In this document: one piece after another, positions 63,200 through 64,000 of the stretch | Numbering within the stretch: position 1 is the first letter of the stretch | Layout: every line of letters starts with the position of its first letter | Source: Takakia lepidozioides | Taxonomy: Eukaryota > Plantae > Bryophyta | DNA length: 64,000 nucleotides | Direction of reading: 5' to 3' | Assembly (NCBI GenBank): GCA_030704615.1 | Contig: CM060731.1 | Coordinates: forward strand, 37,882,001-37,946,000 | The notes under the pieces: model-generated | Databases searched by the model: none | What the model was told of the DNA's origin: nothing | The model's input: the letters and a program-made list of their open reading frames with translations, nothing else | Program-made: the position numbers and the translations under genes

Positions 63200-64000
63200 T
63201 CATATGCAGGAGCTTTGTCTTTTGCTTAAGATCAATCCCCGACCATGGAAATCTCGTAGCATATGGTACTGCACATTGATGTGCTTAGTACGGCGATGAA
63301 ATTCAGGATTCTGCACAAGACGTATAGCACTCTGATTGTCACTGTGCAACACCGTGGGGCTATCCTGCTGATACCCCATGTCCTGAAGAAGTCTACAAAT
63401 CCAAACAACCTCTTTTGCCGTTAAACAGGCTGCAACATACTCTGATTCGGTAGTGGATGATGCTGTACAAGCTTTCTTTCTACTAATCCAAGAAATTGGT
63501 CCATGGTTGAGAAAAATGATGCACCCACTCCGGGACTTCCTGTCATCACTATCTCCAGCATAATCGGCATCTGCGTATGCAGAAAGAGTATTTGATCCTT
63601 CTCCTCCTGTGTAACATAGAGAGTAGTTTGCAGAGCCTCGAAGGTATTTAAAAATACGCTTGACGGCTGTACAATGAATCCGTATAGGATTTTGTGCAAA
63701 CTTTGCAACTGTACTGACTGCATAGGCTATGTCAGGCCTCGATCCAAGCATAGCAAACATCAGGCTACCAACTGCAGCTCGATAGGGAAAATCTTCTTCT
63801 CTCTCTGCAGTATCGTTGTCTCGGGAAAACTGTAAGTGCACATTAGGGTCAGCCGGTGTTGATACAGGATGTGCATCTGTAAAGCCGAACTTGGCTAAAA
63901 TCTTTAGAATGTAGTGTAGTTGATCGATGTAGATCATCCTCAGTTTCCTGTTGCGTGTGATGTGAAGCCCAACGTAACAATCTGCATCTCCTGTTGTTAC
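63200..64000 (-). mobile_element. Ty1/copia pol fragment (RT C-terminus + RNase H), runs off the window end
   Basis: PYRAAVGSLMF..RPDIAYAV, VKRIFKYLRG, AYADADYAG..RKSRSG, SSTTESEYVA, SDNQSAI and FHRRTKHINVQYH. Confidence 0.93.

Noticed and set aside
1438-63723. The many 60-200 aa ORFs in the track (e.g. 9602-10219, 35636-36097, 37015-37329)
   Set aside because: They are antisense or off-frame shadows of real exons and TEs, low-complexity sequence, or exon-intron read-through, with no independent support.

Overview
Eukaryotic nuclear DNA, most likely from an early-diverging land plant or other streptophyte (inferred from the plant-type gene set). I could reconstruct five intron-containing host genes on the + strand by hand: F-box/actin-related ARP8 (3937-14071), a TBL14/15/16-like O-acetyltransferase (18643-22927), an hnRNP F/H-like double-qRRM protein (36145-37338), an AT3G17030-like CDC24-type OB-fold protein (38790-46872) and a UPF0548/DUF1990 protein (47317-49211). 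Between and inside them lie a near full-length degenerate L1/Tx1-like LINE, two RTE/RTEX-like LINE families with microsatellite tails, tRNA-derived SINE-like sequences, a nested inverted duplication (51.7-62.7 kb) and a rearranged Ty1/copia element. The most striking signal is the intron architecture. Most 3' splice sites, fixed by protein homology, have a G-rich tract instead of a U/pyrimidine tract. They often skip upstream AGs, and some use AAG. The C/U-rich tract sits just after weak 5' splice sites, and in several cases the two tracts flanking one exon are complementary. This suggests a non-canonical, possibly structure- or G-tract-guided exon definition. All homology calls come from recalled family motifs, not database searches.
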